Source of the DNA: an uncultured Chloroflexia bacterium
GTDB taxonomy: Bacteria; Chloroflexota; Limnocylindria; Limnocylindrales; CSP1-4
Direction of reading: 5' to 3'
Assembly (NCBI GenBank): GCA_963813225.1
Contig: CAWEYB010000005.1
Span: 200,252 to 264,251 of the forward strand
DNA length: 64,000 bases
Part shown: one piece after another, positions 60,930-64,000 of the stretch
Layout of the letters: each line of letters begins with the position of its first letter
How positions within the stretch are numbered: position 1 is the first letter of the stretch
Program-made: the position numbers and the translations under genes
The notes under the pieces: model-generated
The model's input: only the letters and a program-made list of their open reading frames with translations
Database searches by the model: none
What the model was told of the DNA's origin: nothing

Positions 60930-61308
60930 CTACAGATCGCCGCGCTTGAGCTCGTGGATCCGCTCGTCGGAGATGCCGAAGTGGTGGGCGATCTCGTGGT
61001 AGACGGTGTCGGCGACGGCCGCCGCCAGTCGTTCAGGCGTGCCGTTCGCGCGGACGAGCGGCGCCCGGAAGATGGTGATCTTGCTCGGCATCGGGGCGCC
61101 GTCGGCCGACCAGCGGGTGCGCGGCACGCCCTGGTAGAGGCCGTACAGCCCGCGCGCGCCGACGCGTCGCCAGCTGCTCGGGGGTCGCATGGTCCTCGAT
61201 GACGATCGCGACGCTGCCGAGCTGGTCGCGGAACGGGGCAGGGAGGCGCTCGAGCGCGTCGAGCACCATCTCCTCGATGTCGTCGTCGGTCGGTTCGGCG
61301 GGCAGCAT
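60930..61308 (-). CDS. Zincin-like metallopeptidase (PF06262-type); the frame is broken near 61190
   Basis: The HEIAHHFG zinc motif is in ORF 60930..61190. The N-terminal part MLPAEPTDDDIEEMVLDALERLPAPF lies in another frame. Confidence 0.55.
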
Positions 61309-61328
61309 CGCGGGCCTGCTGCTCGAGC

Positions 61329-62226
61329 TCAGGCCGTCCGTGCCGCGACGAGCTCGTCGAGGACCCGGTCGAACATGGCGACCGCGATGGACAGGTGGCC
61401 CTGGTCGTCGAACAGATGCGGGATCGCCGATGGGATCCGGGAGGCAAGCCACTCGCCGTGGCCGAACGGCACCATCCGGTCGTGCCGACCCTGCCAGATG
61501 TGGACCGGGCACGCGGATCGCGTCGACCTCGAAGCCCCACGGCTTGATCATCGCCATGTCGTCGTCGAACCAGCCCCAGTACGACTCGCGAAGCGCCTCG
61601 CGGGACGATGCCGCGATGAACTCCGCGAAATCGCCGGTCAGCGAGGCGCGATCGACCTCGTCGATCAGGTCGCCGAACGAGGCGGCGACCTCGTCGCCGG
61701 TCACGGCCCTGAAGATCGGCCAGTTCCGTTCCTTGAAGACGAGCAGCGCGTCCGGGCCCTCGAGTGCCGCCCCGAACTCCTCGACGTTTTCTTCGCCCAT
61801 GTCGGCCAGGTAGTCGAGACCCTCGGCGGGGTACGGGGCGACCGATGCGATCGTCGCGGTGCCTCGGACGCGGTCGGGCATCAGCGCGGCACAGGCGAGC
61901 GCATGCGGGCCGCCGCCCGACCAGCCCATGATCCAGGCGCGCTCGGCGCCGAGATGGTCGAGGACCGTCTGGCTGTCATCGACGACATCGGCGATGGACC
62001 GTCCGGGTCGGCGTGTCGAGGATCCATAGCCCGGGCGGCTGAACGCGACGTAGCGGAGCCCGCGGGCCGCCATCTGCTCGGCCATCGGCTCGTAGACGAG
62101 AGGCGCACTGGGCGTGCCCGAATGGAACAACAGGACCTCGCCGTCGGGGGGACCGGCCACGTACACGTCGAGGTTGCGTCCATCCGGGGTGGCTACCACG
62201 AAGGGGCTGCCTGGGGTGTCGGTCAT
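61329..62226 (-). CDS. Alpha/beta-hydrolase fold protein; the frame is broken near 61500
   Basis: Motifs: HG (LLFHSGTP) and the nucleophile elbow GWSGGG. The C-terminus ...HIWQGRHDRMVPFGHGEWLASRIP...VAARTA is in a shifted frame. Confidence 0.6.
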
Positions 62227-62321
62227 CGCGCCATCGTAGCGAGTGCGGACCGCCGCCGGTCACCCGGGGCGAGCCATCGGTGGCACCGCGGGACCCCTCG
62301 CCCGACTACCATGGACCTCCC

Positions 62322-64000
62322 GTGACGACCCTCGCGCCCAACGATTTCACGCACCTCCACGTCCACACCGAGTTCAGCCTGCTCGACGGTCTCGGCCGGA
62401 TCACCGAGCTCGTGGACACGGCCGCCCAGCTCGGCATGGACTCGATGGCGATCACCGACCATGGCGCCCTCTACGGGGCGGTCGCCTTCTACCAGGCGGC
62501 CAAGACCAAGGGCATCAAGCCGATCATCGGTGTCGAGACCTACGTGGCCCGCCGCTCGATGACCGACAAGGAAGGCAAGGCCGACGCCCAGCCGTTCCAC
62601 CTGATCCTGCTCGCCCAGGACCTGGTCGGCTACCGGAACCTGTGCCGCCTCGTCACCGACGCGCACATCGACGGCTACTACTACAAGCCGCGCATCGATC
62701 GGGAGCACCTGGCCCGATACAGCGAGGGACTCATCGGGCTGTCGTCGTGCCTGTCGGGCGAGATCCCCAAGGCGCTCGAGGTCGAGGACTGGGAGCTCGC
62801 GCGCAACCTCGCCGGCGAGTACGGCGACATCTTCGGCAAGGACCGCTTCTTCCTCGAGCTCCAGGACCACGGCATGCCGGACCAGCGCCGGCTCAACGAG
62901 CAGCTCATCCGACTCGCTCCGGAAGCGGGACTGCCACTGGTCGTGACCAACGACCTCCACTACGTCCGCGAGGACCAGTCGGAGGCGCATGACGTCCTGC
63001 TCTGCATCGGGACGGGCAACAACCTCGACACGCCCAACCGGATGCGCTTCGACACCCACGAGTTCTACGTCAAGTCGGCCGCCCAGATGGCAGCGCTCTT
63101 CCCCGACCACCCCGAGGCCATCGCGAACACGCGCCGGATCGCCGAGATGACCGACATCACGCTGCCCCTCGGCCAGCTCCGGATCCCGCACTTCCCGGTC
63201 CCGGACGGCTACACGGTCGAGAGCTGGCTCCGCGCCGAGTGCCAGCGCGGTCTCGAGCGCCGCTACGGCACGGTCACCCCGGAGCTCCAGGCCCGGCTCG
63301 ACTACGAGCTCGGCGTCATCCTCCAGATGGGCTACGCGGGCTACTTCCTGATCGTGGCCGACTTCATCGCGTTCGCCCGCGAGCAGGGCATCCAGACGAC
63401 CTGCCGGGGGTCGGCGCCGGGCTCGATCGTGACCTACACGCTGGGCATCACCCCGGTCGACCCGATCCTGTACCAGCTCCCGTTCGAGCGCTTCCTCAAC
63501 CCCGACCGGGTGACGATGCCCGACATCGACGTCGACTTCGAGGACGGCCGGCGCGAGGAGGTCATCGCCTACGTCGGACGCAAGTACGGCCAGGACCACG
63601 TCGCCCAGATCATCACCTTCGGCACGATGCTCGCTCGGGCCGCGATCCGCGACGTCGGTCGCGTCCTGGGCCATTCCTACGGCGAGGTCGACCGCATCGC
63701 CAAGGCCGTCCCGAACCAGCTCGGCATCCGGCTCGACGAGGCGATCGCGACCTCGCCCGAGCTGCGCGGCATGGTCGAGGGCGACCCGGCGGTCGCGCGG
63801 ATCACCGACTTCGCGCGACACCTCGAGGGGGTCGCCCGCAACGCCTCGACCCACGCCGCGGGTGTCGTCATCAGCCGCGAGCCGCTGACCGAGCTGATGC
63901 CGCTCCAGAAGGCGACCAACTCGGACGGGCTGATGAGCCAGTACGAGATGCACGCCATCGAGGCGTTGGGGCTGCTCAAGTTCGACTTCCTCGGCCTGTC
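62322..64000 (+). CDS. dnaE: DNA polymerase III alpha subunit, N-terminal PHP domain; the 3' end lies outside the window
   Basis: GTG start. The ORF reads LHVHTEFSLLDGLGRI... and has PHP motifs. It is intact to the window end. Confidence 0.85.
   Translation, partial: MTTLAPNDFTHLHVHTEFSLLDGLGRITELVDTAAQLGMDSMAITDHGALYGAVAFYQAAKTKGIKPIIGVETYVARRSMTDKEGKADAQPFHLILLAQDLVGYRNLCRLVTDAHIDGYYYKPRIDREHLARYSEGLIGLSSCLSGEIPKALEVEDWELARNLAGEYGDIFGKDRFFLELQDHGMPDQRRLNEQLIRLAPEAGLPLVVTNDLHYVREDQSEAHDVLLCIGTGNNLDTPNRMRFDTHEFYVKSAAQMAALFPDHPEAIANTRRIAEMTDITLPLGQLRIPHFPVPDGYTVESWLRAECQRGLERRYGTVTPELQARLDYELGVILQMGYAGYFLIVADFIAFAREQGIQTTCRGSAPGSIVTYTLGITPVDPILYQLPFERFLNPDRVTMPDIDVDFEDGRREEVIAYVGRKYGQDHVAQIITFGTMLARAAIRDVGRVLGHSYGEVDRIAKAVPNQLGIRLDEAIATSPELRGMVEGDPAVARITDFARHLEGVARNASTHAAGVVISREPLTELMPLQKATNSDGLMSQYEMHAIEALGLLKFDFLGL

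Overview
This 64 kb window is a very high-GC (~72%) actinobacterial-type chromosomal segment that is mostly housekeeping genes. Read in order (+ strand unless marked), it holds: a tightly overlapped purine operon (purQ' partial, purL, purF, purM, purN, purH); a 1191-aa zinc-ribbon / adenylyl-cyclase / STAND-ATPase / TPR signalling protein followed by a DUF1269 membrane protein; a ~10 kb glycan-biosynthesis cluster (GT2, a methyltransferase-GT fusion, a TylF-like O-methyltransferase, a further GT, a GT-C-like polytopic membrane protein and, on the minus strand, a ~900-aa two-domain GT); metG, tatD, a lipoprotein, and groES-groEL behind a perfect CIRCE operator; an enolase-superfamily racemase (-), an LppX-type lipoprotein, pcrA, an FMN lactate-oxidase-like gene and ligA; two small coupled proteins (-), a GNAT (-), gatC-gatA, an aminotransferase and an alpha/beta hydrolase; a minus-strand LacI / sugar-ABC / GH116 beta-glucosidase operon with two copies of a 15-nt palindromic operator; gatB; and a minus-strand nucleoside (BMP-family) ABC importer with two tandem paralogous binding lipoproteins, divergent from a translationally coupled nucleoside-hydrolase / cytochrome-P450 / SGNH-hydrolase operon. 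The window ends with a zincin-like peptidase (-), a second alpha/beta hydrolase (-) and the 5' end of dnaE. A striking technical feature is a large number of +/-1 frame breaks inside conserved genes, including essential ones (metG, groES, groEL, ligA, pcrA, tatD). Other long stretches (purL to purH, gatA, the ABC ATPase, dnaE) are intact. I interpret this as indel-type assembly error rather than gene decay, so gene boundaries in the affected regions are approximate. No rRNA, tRNA, CRISPR array or mobile element could be supported from the sequence.
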